In this document: positions 41,049 through 53,339 of the stretch, in pieces
Numbering within the stretch: position 1 is the stretch's first letter
Layout: the number at the start of each line of letters is the position of its first letter
Program-made: the position numbers and the translations under genes
Notes under the pieces: generated by a model
Told to the model about the DNA's origin: nothing
What the model saw: the letters and a program-made list of their open reading frames with translations, nothing else
Database searches by the model: none
Assembly (NCBI RefSeq): GCF_006345805.1
Contig: NC_043000.1
Coordinates: 52,452,001 to 52,516,000 of the forward strand
Source: Octopus sinensis
Taxonomy: Eukaryota
Length of the DNA stretch: 64,000 nt
Direction of reading: 5' to 3'

Positions 41049-41848
41049 GGGTGTGTATGCTTTTGGGAAAATATCACTATGCATTTATTTTCTCATTTTC
41101 ATTTGGTAATGAGAATTGTGCTCACGATCTGTATCTACATATATAAGTATTTATTACATGCCAAGCGAAGGGTTATTTTGTCTTATAATTGTAAATTATA
41201 ACTGTTTCTGTAATTGCTTGTACTTATAATGAAAGTTATTTGCTATTATGTCACAGTTTCGTAATTATTTAATGTGGGTGAACATTTACAATGATGCGAA
41301 GATTATTAACATAAACACTATTGTGTATTTGTGCTTAAGCTATATACCAGTAAAGAAGTCTGTCTCGAACTATATACCTTACCGTGTTAAAGAACAAACA
41401 CGAAAACACAAAGGGGTCTCTAATTTTAAAATATGTAGATATTGTCACTAACGGAATTATTTTGAACATAGGTCAAGCTAGGTCACAGTTTTTTCTCAGC
41501 TAAACCGAAACCCGGATAAAATCTTCAACAGAATGTGCTTTTCTATATCACTGTTATATAACAGTTAACTAGTGTTTTGCTTGAGTTTAAATGCTGTGAA
41601 AATATTTAGACTCGCACGATAACGAAAACTGGACATAAATGAAAAGTAACAAGATTATTATAATTGTGTGTAGCTTCCTATAGGTCCACTAATTTTATGA
41701 TATCAGTAAAATATTTAAGTAAAATACAGTTTGCAAATCCACACATAATTACACACACGCACTCACACACACATATAATTAGGCAACAATTTAGCAATTT
41801 ATCACCAAGAAGGAATGCTTTAATATTCATTAAATATGACAGAAGGTG

Positions 41849-42107
41849 TTAGAACACCAAAAATGCTAGAAATAAGAATTAAAGTGCTCTGATGCTACTG
41901 TCAGCGCATATAAGTGTATACAGACGGAGACTGCAAACGGTCGAATGAGTCAGCCGTGTATCCCTGTACCGTCGACGGTACATGGATATCACGACTGTCT
42001 CTATCGGCCGTTTACGGTCGCTGTTAATTCGTATCTATACAATTTTGTGCGTTGAATGCTGCATCAGAGCTCTTTAGCTCTTATTTCTAGCGTTGTAGGT
42101 TTTCTAA
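41849..42107. repeat. ~260-bp spacerless imperfect palindrome (fold-back MITE-like)
   Basis: Perfect core TGTACCGTCGACGGTACA centred at 41973/41974. The arms pair imperfectly out to TTAGAACACC (41849) and GGTTTTCTAA (42107). Confidence 0.75.
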
Positions 42108-42323
42108 AATCCTCTTTGTCATTAAAGTATAATTTAATGACAATTATAATTTTCCTATTTGATGATAGATTGATAAGCATCTGTATAATTTAATTAGTTG
42201 TATACACATCGGCGATTCTATAAAACATCCATAGATTTCTATGGAGTAGACATATATACTGCTGGTGATCACGTCTGGAACCTAGCAGGTTGTGCTGATG
42301 AGGCTTCAATTATAGAGCCGAAG

Positions 42324-42463
42324 CCGTCGACGGTACAGAGACATCACGACTATCACTTTCGACCGTTAACGGACGCTCAGTATTTATGTATACAATTATG
42401 TGCGGTTACTGCAGCACCAGAGCACCTTAGCTCTTGTTATTTATAGCACTGTAGGTTTTCTAA
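42324..42463 (+). repeat. Second copy of the palindromic element, right arm only
   Basis: CCGTCGACGGTACA...TGTAGGTTTTCTAA aligns with ~41969-42107; the left arm is absent. Confidence 0.7.
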
Positions 42464-42473
42464 TACTCCCTGT

Positions 42474-42513
<40 letters not shown>

Positions 42514-42587
42514 ATTAGGACACCGACTTTAATGACAACCGTTTAATGTTTGCTCTAATTTATAACATATAAATATACATACATACA

Positions 42588-42623
<36 letters not shown>

Positions 42624-42629
42624 TATATA

Positions 42630-42987
42630 TCTGTAAACGTGAAATGTTTCACTTTCTCTCTATAACGTCGTTTGACAGCGTCTACTGTCTTTCACCCGCC
42701 GCTTTCACTCTTTCTCCCACATCCCCCCTCTCTCTCTACGTCTGTCTGCATTCATGGAGAGAATTATTATCGCCACAATCATGAGAACATATATTATGAA
42801 TCAGATATTTATTGGGTTAATTTATAGATGCGTGTGTGTGCGTGCGTGTGTGTGTCCTATATATAAATATGTATATATAATGTATATATACAAAGTGTAA
42901 ATATCTGTATTTATATATATATATATATAATTTGTATACATTTGTATATTTAATGCGTACACACACACATATAATGCTTATATATGT

Positions 42988-43018
<31 letters not shown>

Positions 43019-43075
43019 ATTTGTATACATTGTATATTTAATGCGTACACACACACATATAATGCTTATATATGT

Positions 43076-43106
<31 letters not shown>

Positions 43107-43959
43107 ATGTGTGCATTATGTGGTCGGTTGAGCTGAAAATATGCACACCTATGTTAAAAGTGCTGGCGAGTTTGCATGGCAACTATTTGTTTCCTGAAAT
43201 GAAAGGCGTCACCTCTAGGACAAAATTTCTCATCTTATAAACCGTGGCCCGAGTAGACCCGAATGAAATCGGGCTATATTAACCAAAATGTAAAAGGGGT
43301 CTAAATGGGGCTGAGAGGGGATTACAATTTACAGCTAAAAAATTTGCGTCAGCCTTTAAATCGTCAATGTGTTGCCGTCCATGATGAAGAAGTTTTGAAT
43401 GCTTGCCATAGTGAATCTACTGTCCTGAGAAAGAATCACTTCAAAACTTGGTGTTTAGGAATTTTCTTTTACATCAAGTTCAAAATTTTACGCCAGCCGT
43501 TAAACTGCCACTACGTTACTGTCTGTCGTTAAGAAATACTAGCCATGGTGAGTCTACTATCCTCAGATTCTATCCCTTCAAACTTTGATTTCCAATATAT
43601 TTTTTTTTAGTTTTATTCAGCTCGCACGTTCGTCTGTCCCTTTTAAATATTAGTGTTTTGCTGTCTGCCTTGAAGCAGACCTTTCGGTTGTCACTGCCTG
43701 CTATTTATGATTGATCTTTCAAAGTATTTCCTTTCTCAACTTACTCAAGATCTTTTGTTGTTTATAAATGGGAGATAGATAGATAGAGAAAGATAGACAG
43801 TAAGAGAAAGCGATGGAGAGTCCGAGAGAAAGGAAGAGTAAGAGAGTGGATAAGTGAGAGAGAAAGGAGGGAGAATGTGGTGATAAAAAACAGAAATGAA
43901 GCAATAGAAACTAACAACCACACTCTTACCCGCGCGTAGAGCTGGTCACCTTAAGCTAG
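42630..43959 (+). mobile_element. Non-autonomous Helitron-like element, copy 2
   Basis: A|TC start at 42630, imperfect hairpin ACCCGCGCGTAGAGCTGGT (43928-43946), then CTAG|T end (43956-43960). No TSD. Homologous to 19729-21600. Confidence 0.7.
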
Positions 43960-45189
43960 TATATATATATATATATATACATGCATAAATATATCCGTAC
44001 GTATATGATGGTTATGATTTCAATTTTCGCATCACTTATTTACATACTTTTGAGTCGCTGACAAGTCTCTCTGCTTTATACATCTTGTCTGGAATCGTTT
44101 AGTACAATATAAAGATTTATCGACAAATTATGAATAACGATTGCACAAAATTTTGTTTTTCCTGTTTTGTATGACTGTCATATTAAAAAAAAAACAACAC
44201 CAAAAGACCGATCCTCAAACATGCAGTGTAATGCATTAAATTTTGTGCTAAACAGTTTTTCATTATAATGTATAATTCGCATTGAGTGACGCTGCCATTT
44301 ACTTACAATTAGTCATTAGATTGTGGTTAATAATGAAAATGACTAAATATTAGTTATTTGCAAGTATCTTGGTTCAAATTCCCATCCTGTTGGCTAGAGT
44401 ATGGAATATGATTTATTTTACTTCTTTGGTGGATATAATTTGGATCACTCATGTTGCCGTTTCTAGATAGATCAATGAAGCAGCAGGATTTCTTTATCTT
44501 CATATGTTCCGAAATAAAATAAAATGATTTTCTACATGGAAGTAACCTAAAGGTCTCAGAGTTTAACTACATGGAAATTACTTCGATCACTAAATCATGA
44601 TTTAGAATGCTAGTCGTTTTTTTTTTTACTTCGTCAAGGAAATGAGGATAAAAACATTTTACTCTGTTTAGCCTAAAAAATAAAAATAAATTAAAAAATA
44701 AAAATTTATATGACTTGCTCTTAACTGGAACAGGAAAATTATATCAAGATATATACCATACGTGCATGTCTTAACTCAAATTCCTAATTTTCGCACAAAG
44801 TGCAATCTCTGTACTGGTAACTACATGTCCTTAAATACGCGTAAATTTGGATATTTAATTCATAATATCTATTTTATTTGTCTAAATCTATCAAATTCAT
44901 TCTTAAGTATTTTCCTTAGAGATGAAATGGCCTGCCTATATGTATTCTTAGTTGGGAAAAGTTTGAAAACCATACGCAAGAGACAATCAACACAAATGAA
45001 ATAATTTATCCAGTGATAAAATAGCTTACTTCTGAAATCATAGTGGATGCCTGCTTGTTATCTTCATTTTAATTTCAGCTTGATGAATTCAATGGTTATT
45101 TTTTACAATATGATGACAGTAAATTTCCTATAAAATGTCTATGTTTAAATAGTATATGCCCAGTTTTTTGTTGGGACTGTATGTTAGAT

Positions 45190-45700
45190 TTGAAAATTAT
45201 TGAGCATGATAGATTTCCATGCGTTAAGCAGACCAGAAACATACCAAGAATTATACCACAAATTAGCAGGAAAAATAATCCGAAACATCCTACAGAAATC
45301 GATCAAAATTCGATAAAAAAATGTACAGCTGTTAATAGCTTCAGTTATCGTACCTATTAAGATGTTATGTGGTTGAAGCTTTAATTTCCGTTTTAGTTCC
45401 TTATATTTTCTCTGTACGTGATTTACTCTGTGCATATAACGAAGTTCTAGGAATCAAATTTTGTACACTACAACGAGCATTCAATGATGGGGAATAAGCA
45501 AAGATATTTTAATCAATTTCAGAAATTATGCTACTATTAATTCAATTCAAACGAACTCCAACATTTGTGGAACGTTAGAAATATTCTATTAAATTATCTG
45601 TTGTCTATTGTTTACTGACATATTTTCCTTCTTTGATGCGATGCAATAATGACAATATAAATTGAACGATACTTACTAAATATCATATTCATAATACAAA
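45190..45700 (-). pseudogene. Possible highly decayed Helitron PIF1-like helicase fragment
   Basis: Minus strand A*FLKLIKISLLIPHH*MLVVVYKI*FLELRY resembles the conserved EFLNS...SGLPPH.L.LKVG.P.MLLRNL, followed by GTK. Several stops and frameshifts; similarity judged by eye. Confidence 0.3.
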
Positions 45701-46411
45701 TAAATTACTTGTCATGAGATCAACATATAAGTTTCCGAAATATTAAGCATTGTATATTAGGCAGTAGTATTACACTAAATAAAGCAGGACAAGACAAGTA
45801 AACAGTTTTAATTCTTACGTTGCTTTCATATCTAAAATTTAATAAACAAATATCTATTCTGAATGTGTGATTAAAAGTCAGGATATTGGAGAGGGTAAAT
45901 AATGGAAGCTTAATTTACCACCAGTGTATATAGCGTGTGGTATTATTACAGTCTATAACCCATCTATGTACGTATAATGAGAGAATATTATAGGTTGCAT
46001 GTAATTAGTATAAAAAAATATGAGCCATACACTTTTCGACTTTGTTTACATTGAAAATCTCACAATATTTGAATTATGGTTGTTGCATAGAAATGAAAAT
46101 GAATATCAAATTAGAGGAAAAGCGTTGCAAAAATTGAAAAATATAATCCTGTCAACTATAGAGGAATGGTAGGAATTCAATGCTGTTATCACTACTTCCT
46201 TCTTGCGAATATAATAAAGGCTTACGCGAATTAAGCAAATTTTAGGAAAACAAGCGGAAATAAAGAAGTTATTAAATTATTTGAATGCCTGTAACTGTTG
46301 ATAATCTGTTGAATGTACAAAAGCATAAACTCTCTCTTCAAAAATAAACATGTTGATCACGTTCGAAAGAAAAGAATCCGCTCAGCTATACTTAAATAAA
46401 CATGTACATAC

Positions 46412-46444
<33 letters not shown>

Positions 46445-46568
46445 ATATATAAGTGTGTGTGTGTGTGTGTACACACATATGTATTTATATATATATATGT
46501 GCATGTTTGTGTGCGGGTGCGTATATATATGAATGTGTTTGTGTGAGTCTGTGTGTGTGCGTGTGTAT

Positions 46569-46962
46569 GTAGCTGTGTGGTTAGAAGCTTGCTTCCCATC
46601 TGTGTGGTTCCTAGTTCCTAGTGGTTCCATTGTATGTCGCCTGATGCCAGTGTCTCCTATTGCCCCGGACCACTCAAAGCCTTATGAGTAGATTTGGTAG
46701 GCGAAAACTGAAAGAAACCTATCGAATACATATGTACAATTATATCTACGTGATCTATGTGTGTGTGTGCTTATCTTTGTATTTGTGTCTGTCTCCCTCT
46801 TCTGCTTAAGATCTGATGTCACCTTGTTTACATCCTCGTAATGGGAGACTAACAGGATAAGTACGAGACTTTAAAATATATGAACAGAGATCGAATAGTA
46901 CGATTAAACTCTACAAAGCGGTGCTCCAGCAGGAACGCAGTGCAATGACTGAAGCTAGTAAA
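46569..46962 (+). mobile_element. Decayed family A SINE
   Basis: GTAGCTGTGTGGTTAGAAGCTTGCTT head ... GCGGTGCTCCAGCAGGAACGCAGTGCAATGACTGAA tail. Confidence 0.7.
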
Positions 46963-48266
46963 TATTAAAAAATATCTTTAGATTCACAGTTCTATGGTAG
47001 TTGGTTCAATTGCCAGGATTAGCGCTGTGGCCTGTGAGAAACAGGACATATTTATCTGGTGTCTATGCATCAAATGCGATCGTCATTCTTAATTTTGTCA
47101 ACCAAGAGAGTAATAAAACACGTGGAAAATGTGTTATATGACTCAGAACGTATGAAGCAAGTCAAACAAAGGTTAACAGAACCCTCACTAAAATAAAGGA
47201 AAATATATAAAATAACATGGAGGCTTAGAAGAGACTTATGAAAATGTTCTAGACAGGCAAAGGGTTAATGCATTCGGCGTAGATATACAAGTGCAAATTC
47301 AAAACGATGGTTTACTGGAAATTTCAGACCTTCAGACACGCTGCCTCAACGTATTTGCTAAGGTATTTTCCGCTCGAAGATCCAGTTAGGCGATGTTCTA
47401 CCTTTGTTGCAAATTTAATTCGTCCGGTCTTACACCATCAACCCACCTCCAGGTTGCGTTTAGCGGAGTACCTTCTTTTACAAATAATCAGGTCAGACTA
47501 CAGGTTTGATGATAATTTTTACCCCAATACTCCTGAGTCTCAGATATAATGTAACACGTTCATACACTTAATTGTACTGCTTAGTGAACAATAAAATAAT
47601 CATGCTGATATTATAGATGTTCTCTTCATAAATTTAATATCAAGAGAGATTAGTTTCCCAGTACTGATGATAAAATTCATGACCTTTTTTTCCATTTCTT
47701 TCTTTTTTTAAAGTATCTACTGTAGAAAGGACGAATGTTTAAGGGAAACATTAGACCTTCGTATATGATGCTACGACATATTTGCTACAATGTTTTGCGC
47801 TCGAAGATCCAGTAACTTAATAATCTACCGTTGTTTAATATTTAATCCATCCAGTCTTACACCATACGTTGCGTTTAGCGATGTTCCATTCCTTTCTTGT
47901 TTATGTATGTTAGTCATCAATTACCACTAGCCGAAATATTACAGACGTTCTAACTAAGGCACCAAATTTAAAAAAAACACCCTGGAATAACTAACCCCAA
48001 CCCAGAGGACTATACACTCTCAAGTAGCGTTAAAGACGCAGCAGTCTGTCCTCGCCGAACGACCGCCTCACCTCCAGTTTGAAATGATTTCCCGTGTGCT
48101 GTTCCATGGACATTAAGTTACAACCTGTTCACTTTATTATAAGTGAGCGTAATTGATACACGAATTCCAGTATTAATGATTTACTAACTATCAATAACTT
48201 ACTATTCTTTAGTGTAGGTGTAGGTATACACACACGCATACAAACAAAGGTATATGTGGCTGTATG

Positions 48267-48311
<45 letters not shown>

Positions 48312-48444
48312 AAATAGTAAAGTGTGAAAAAACGACAGAAGGCTTAAATGTTAAAAAATATATATATTTGTGTCAAAATGTCTGGAGAATATTGGAAAAA
48401 ATTTTTTTCGTTTCCTTAAAATGACATAATTTAAAAAATTTTAA

Positions 48445-48484
48445 AAGAAATTACCGGTTTCGCGTGTAGCTTTTCAAATTTCTT
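48445..48484 (-). ncRNA. Minimal type I hammerhead ribozyme, U3-A8 variant, in the inverted 5' pLTR
   Basis: Minus strand: AAGAAAU-UUGAAAA-GC-UACAC-GC-GAAA-CCGG-UA-AUUUCUU. 7-bp stem I, 2-bp stem II, palindromic ACCGGU stem III, GUA site. Confidence 0.72.
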
Positions 48485-49843
48485 GTGACGTTATGTTTAT
48501 ATTGCATGGAATTATCGTTGTTTTTATTTCCAGGAGATTTCTAAATAAGGGGAGGTAGTGAGTGATTTTTTCCGGTGTAGGGGAGCTCTGTTCAATTTTA
48601 AATCAGAAATAGAGCTTCTAAGACTCAGGGCCTCCACAAATGAAGAAAAACTTAAAAGCATAGACGAGGAGATGCACAATCTAATACTAAAATATACCGA
48701 GGGACAACCCCTCGATAATACATTGGATCACTGGAAGGATTCCTGTGAGAGAGAAGAGAGAAATTCTCTCCTACGCTGGGAGAAAAACATGGACTTCTTC
48801 CAAAAATATAGTGAAACCTTCAAAAAAATTGGGTTCAAATAATCCCTTCCTTAAGAAAATTACAATAAATAAAAAAGAAAAACCTAACAACCCACGAACA
48901 ACCCCCAACTATCCTCCATACACTAAAAACAGAAATCACCCACAACCAACCTTTACAAACCACGCTAGACCTAACAGGGAACTAGCTGAAAGAGGACGCG
49001 TCTATGAAAGAAATTACACACCAAAAACAGAACAAACCAACAACATCCTAATACCAGACCCAACCACCATACAGCACAATACGACACTAGGATAAGAAAT
49101 ACAACCACACACAAATCACTACTACCCCATGAACCAAAACTACTGGTCCCCACTAAACACAAGACAAACGCAAAGAAACACTATGTCAAGCAACATCCCA
49201 CATACAAGAAGTTCGAAACAAAAATATTCCCCATACAGAAATTTTACACAACACCACAAGCATTAACAACCATAGATTCCCCCACACACACAACGATCGG
49301 AGGCAACAATACCACCACTCCCCCGACCAAATACCTCACAACCTCACAGACAACTCATACAAACAAAATTACACCCAACATTTTTTAGCCAGGGACCAGG
49401 GACACCAGGACACAGGCTGGAACCTAGTAATAAGGAAAAACCGAAGATAATCAATCTTTCAACCAAACTCTTTCTAACATAAAAATTGACATCCTCGCAA
49501 AAGGGCTCAAATTTACACCAACTCCACGCAGAGCAAACCTAAATGAACTCAAGGATAATATAACAGAATTTTGCAGAAAATTAAGACTAGCAGAAGCATC
49601 AAACAGTTTCAATACTGAAGATGAATCACTAGTCAAGAACAAAAGTGAACACATCCACACAGAGGAAGAAATAAAGATCTTGACGAATTCTGTAACCACA
49701 TTGAGAACTTCCCCTACCATACTATACATAAACAGAAAGCTAACCCAAATTTTAACACTACACAATGGAAAGAACTGATAGAACTCCGAAATGATGAAGA
49801 TATAACCATTAAGGAAGCGGACAAGGGAAATGCAGTTGTAATA

Positions 49844-51286
49844 ATGGATACATCATACTACAGAAATCTTGTAATTTCCTTGCTTGATGAAGACCTACAT
49901 TATGAAAAAATTACCAACTACACCCCCACAAAAATAATGAAAACTCTATCTTCATTAATTAAAACCCATGAAAAGGAACTGACAACCAAAGAGATTGATT
50001 TCCTAACAAACTTTAAATGCAAACCTAGCCTTTTCTATGGTCTGCCAAAAATTCATAAAAGTCAAATTATAAATGAAACCATTAAAAAATCACCAAAGAC
50101 ATACATACACACACCTAATCCGGGGGACCTAAAACTACGACCCATTGTAGCTGGCCAACCTGTGAAACCACACAGACTAAGTCTACTTATGGACATCCTC
50201 TTGAAACCCTTCCTTAAACATATCGATAGCCATATCAGGGATGACTTAGATATGTTAAACCACCTCCCCAAAAAAACCAAGGAAGAAACAATCCTGGTTT
50301 CATTTGATGTAGTCAACTTGTATACCAGTATTCCTCATAATTATGGACTGGAGGCAATACAATTCTGGTTAGACCAATTTCCGGAAGAAATACCAAAAAG
50401 GATCAGTAAGGAATTCATTACTAAATCAATTGAATTCATCCTACACAATAACCACTTCATGTTTGACAATACATTTTACCGTCAAAAATCCGGAATTGCT
50501 ATGGGTACAAGAGCAGCACCAGTCATTGCGAACTTAACAATGGGATACATGGAAATAATCATTTACCAGGAATCTCTATCAATCTTTGGAAACTCCCTCT
50601 CTCAATACATAAAAGAGAATTGGAAGCGATTCCTAGACGATTGTTTCATTCTCTGGAATGAAAACATAGATAAACTCCTAAAATTTAAAAACCTATTGAA
50701 CAGCATAAACCCAAATATACAGTTCACAATGGAATACAACCAAAAGGAGCTCCCGTTCTTGGATATACTAATTAAAAAAATTAACCTTAAAATAGAAACA
50801 GACATTTTTTACAAAGCCACAGACGCCAAACAATACCTTCTTTTTAATTCATGCCACCCAAGACACACTAAAACAAACATCCCCTTCAACCTTGCAAGAA
50901 GGATATGCACAATAGTGTCAGAACAAATTACCAGGAACTTTAGACTGCAAGAACTCAAAAACACCCTAATTGACAGACATTACCCAGCTCAACTCATAGA
51001 GGATGGGATCAGACGTGCAACAGAAATCAACATAGAAACTTTAAGAAAAGTTCAACACAACAACACACCTTCCCCGAAAATACTACCTTACATATCTACA
51101 TACAACCCCAGAAACAAAGAAGCCTTCACCATCATCACCCAGAATTTACCAATACTTCATAAAAACCCAAAATTAAAGGAAATTCTAAACATACACCAAA
51201 TCATTAAAAGCTACAAACAGCCTAAATCACTTAAAAAGATTCTCACAAAGGCAAAATTGTCTTCTAAAATACGGATGCAAAAGTAA
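49844..51286 (+). CDS. PLE reverse transcriptase (RT core plus thumb); part of a frameshifted polyprotein, probably non-functional
   Basis: Motifs KEADKGNAVVIMD (just upstream, same frame), FYGLPKIHK, LRPIVAG, LVSFDVVNLYTSIP, GIAMGTRAAPVIANL, WKRFLDDCF, LPFLD, DIFYKATD. Upstream ORF pieces (48586-49780) are broken by frameshifts and stops. Confidence 0.92.
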   Translation: MDTSYYRNLVISLLDEDLHYEKITNYTPTKIMKTLSSLIKTHEKELTTKEIDFLTNFKCKPSLFYGLPKIHKSQIINETIKKSPKTYIHTPNPGDLKLRPIVAGQPVKPHRLSLLMDILLKPFLKHIDSHIRDDLDMLNHLPKKTKEETILVSFDVVNLYTSIPHNYGLEAIQFWLDQFPEEIPKRISKEFITKSIEFILHNNHFMFDNTFYRQKSGIAMGTRAAPVIANLTMGYMEIIIYQESLSIFGNSLSQYIKENWKRFLDDCFILWNENIDKLLKFKNLLNSINPNIQFTMEYNQKELPFLDILIKKINLKIETDIFYKATDAKQYLLFNSCHPRHTKTNIPFNLARRICTIVSEQITRNFRLQELKNTLIDRHYPAQLIEDGIRRATEINIETLRKVQHNNTPSPKILPYISTYNPRNKEAFTIITQNLPILHKNPKLKEILNIHQIIKSYKQPKSLKKILTKAKLSSKIRMQK

Positions 51287-51708
51287 AAAAATGTGGTAGA
51301 TCGAACTGTGCAACATGTCCTAACCTATTGGAAGGATCAGAATTCTTCTTTAAAGAGGGACAGAAATTTAAGATCAAATCTAACTTTACTTGTGCCTCTG
51401 AAAACATAATTTATGTTATTAAATGCTCGGGCTGCCACCAAGACTACGTGGGTTCCACGGGACTATCACTCAGGCGCAGATGCACACTGCATCGACAACA
51501 GATTGCATTCCCAGAATATAGAATGATACCTTTTAGTGAGCACATTGAGAAATGCGCAAAGCAACTACTGCCACAATTTTTAATCTTCCCATTTTACCAA
51601 TGTGCTTTCGGATCATCAACACAAATGAGACTGAACAAGGAAACATTCTTCATTGAAAAGTACAAACCCAGACTCAACCATCCGAACATACTGACACAGA
51701 GAAATTAA
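51286..51708 (+). CDS. PLE GIY-YIG endonuclease with upstream Cys linker, frameshifted from the RT
   Basis: CGRSNCATC (CX4CX2C) precedes NIIYVIKCSGCHQDYVGSTG (GIY-YIG with internal CxxC), then R..LHRQQI and PFSEH histidines and the distal E in LNKETFFI. Confidence 0.9.
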   Translation, partial: KKCGRSNCATCPNLLEGSEFFFKEGQKFKIKSNFTCASENIIYVIKCSGCHQDYVGSTGLSLRRRCTLHRQQIAFPEYRMIPFSEHIEKCAKQLLPQFLIFPFYQCAFGSSTQMRLNKETFFIEKYKPRLNHPNILTQRN

Positions 51709-51844
51709 CAAGGAAAAGGGAAAAAAAATTTTTAAGCGATTATCTCCCCTACACCGGAAAAAATCACTCACTACCTCCCCTTATTTAGAAATCTCCTGGA
51801 AATAAAAACAACGATAATTCCATGCAATATAAACATAACGTCAC

Positions 51845-51883
51845 AAGAAATTGAAAAGCTACACGCGAAACCGGTAATTTCTT
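51845..51883 (+). ncRNA. Hammerhead motif in the 3' pLTR, one U shorter than the 5' copy
   Basis: AAGAAA-UUGAAAA-GC-UACAC-GC-GAAA-CCGG-UA-AUUUCUU. It has AAATTG where the left copy has AAATTTG, so either U3 or the 2.1-1.1 pair is lost. Confidence 0.62.
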
Positions 51884-52059
51884 TTAAAATTTTAAAAATT
51901 ATGTCATTTTAAGGAAAGGAAAAAAAATTTTTCCAATATTCTCCAGACATTTTGACACAAATATATATATTTTTTAACATTTAAGCCTTCTGTCGTTTTT
52001 TCACACTTTACTATTTTCTTATATATTCACCCACGTGCTTTACCAAACAAACTTTCTTA

Positions 52060-52132
<73 letters not shown>

Positions 52133-52665
52133 TTATATAAGTATTCAGGTATGTGTATGAGTCAGTAAAGAAGTCTACATTTATATTTATATCTTCTTGG
52201 GGAATGGCAGAGGTGACGTATCTGAAAGTGTAAGAAGCCGCACAGATTTGACATGTATGTATATGCGTAAATGTTTTTAACGTCGATCTGCGAATACTCA
52301 TAAGCCTAAAAACTTGTAAGTGCATGTAAGCTATGTAATTAAATTTAGGTCTGTGCGTATAGACTTGCTTCTAGCTCACCGTCATTTGATATCATTCATC
52401 TATCGACAGATCACGCTGAAAGGCTTCACATTTTGTACGTGTATGTAGATGCATAGGTTCTGCATAAGTATGTATCTTTTGGGTGTGTTTATTGATATAG
52501 GCTTGTATGTGTGTGTATACACCTGTTTTTAGGCGTCCATACGAATGTATGTATATCTGTATGTAAGTATATACAGTATATCTATGTATATACGCATATA
52601 TACGCGTATAAAAATATACATATATATATACATGTGTGTGTGTGTAAGTATGAATGTATGCATGA

Positions 52666-52698
<33 letters not shown>

Positions 52699-52727
52699 CC
52701 TATCTATTTCTCTCTCTCTCTCTCTCC

Positions 52728-52775
<48 letters not shown>

Positions 52776-52787
52776 TATATATATATA

Positions 52788-52846
<59 letters not shown>

Positions 52847-52860
52847 ATATATATATATAT

Positions 52861-52915
<55 letters not shown>

Positions 52916-52918
52916 ATA

Positions 52919-52959
<41 letters not shown>

Positions 52960-53339
52960 TGCGATTATTTGGTAAACGGCGCCGAATTTTACAATCTGTA
53001 AATAATAATATTTTATAAGCTTAAAACTTATAAGCGATCACCGTGCATTGACTGAAGTAAATATTCTAATATTGGGGCATATAAGCTCTCGCGTCGAGAG
53101 CTCATATTCCTCAATGTTAGACTACTTACTTTCGTCAATGCTTGGTGATCGCTTATAAAGCATTATTATTGTTATTTTGGCAGTTTAGCAGTAATTCGTC
53201 TGCCGCTTCATTCTGCTGTTCAAAGTCCGCTGAAGTCGACATTGCCTTTTATCCTTTCGGAGTCAATAAATTAAGTACAGTTCAAAGATCAGTGGCAGAA
53301 GATTTAGAGATTATATCATACGGGAGACCTGTAAAACAC

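Larger units (their letters stand above)
48308..52020 (+). mobile_element. Penelope-like retroelement (Neptune-type architecture), 5'-truncated, with inverted pseudo-LTRs
   Basis: RT and GIY-YIG coding segments lie between near-identical inverted repeats 48308-48585 and 51744-52020. The left arm joins directly into the ORF interior (GGTGTAGGGGAG|CTCTG). Both ends abut TA-rich sequence. Confidence 0.93.

Noticed and set aside
48558-48842. Independent 94-aa gene starting at GTG 48558
   Set aside because: The start lies inside the inverted pLTR; the rest is the truncated PLE ORF, so the ORF is a junction artefact.
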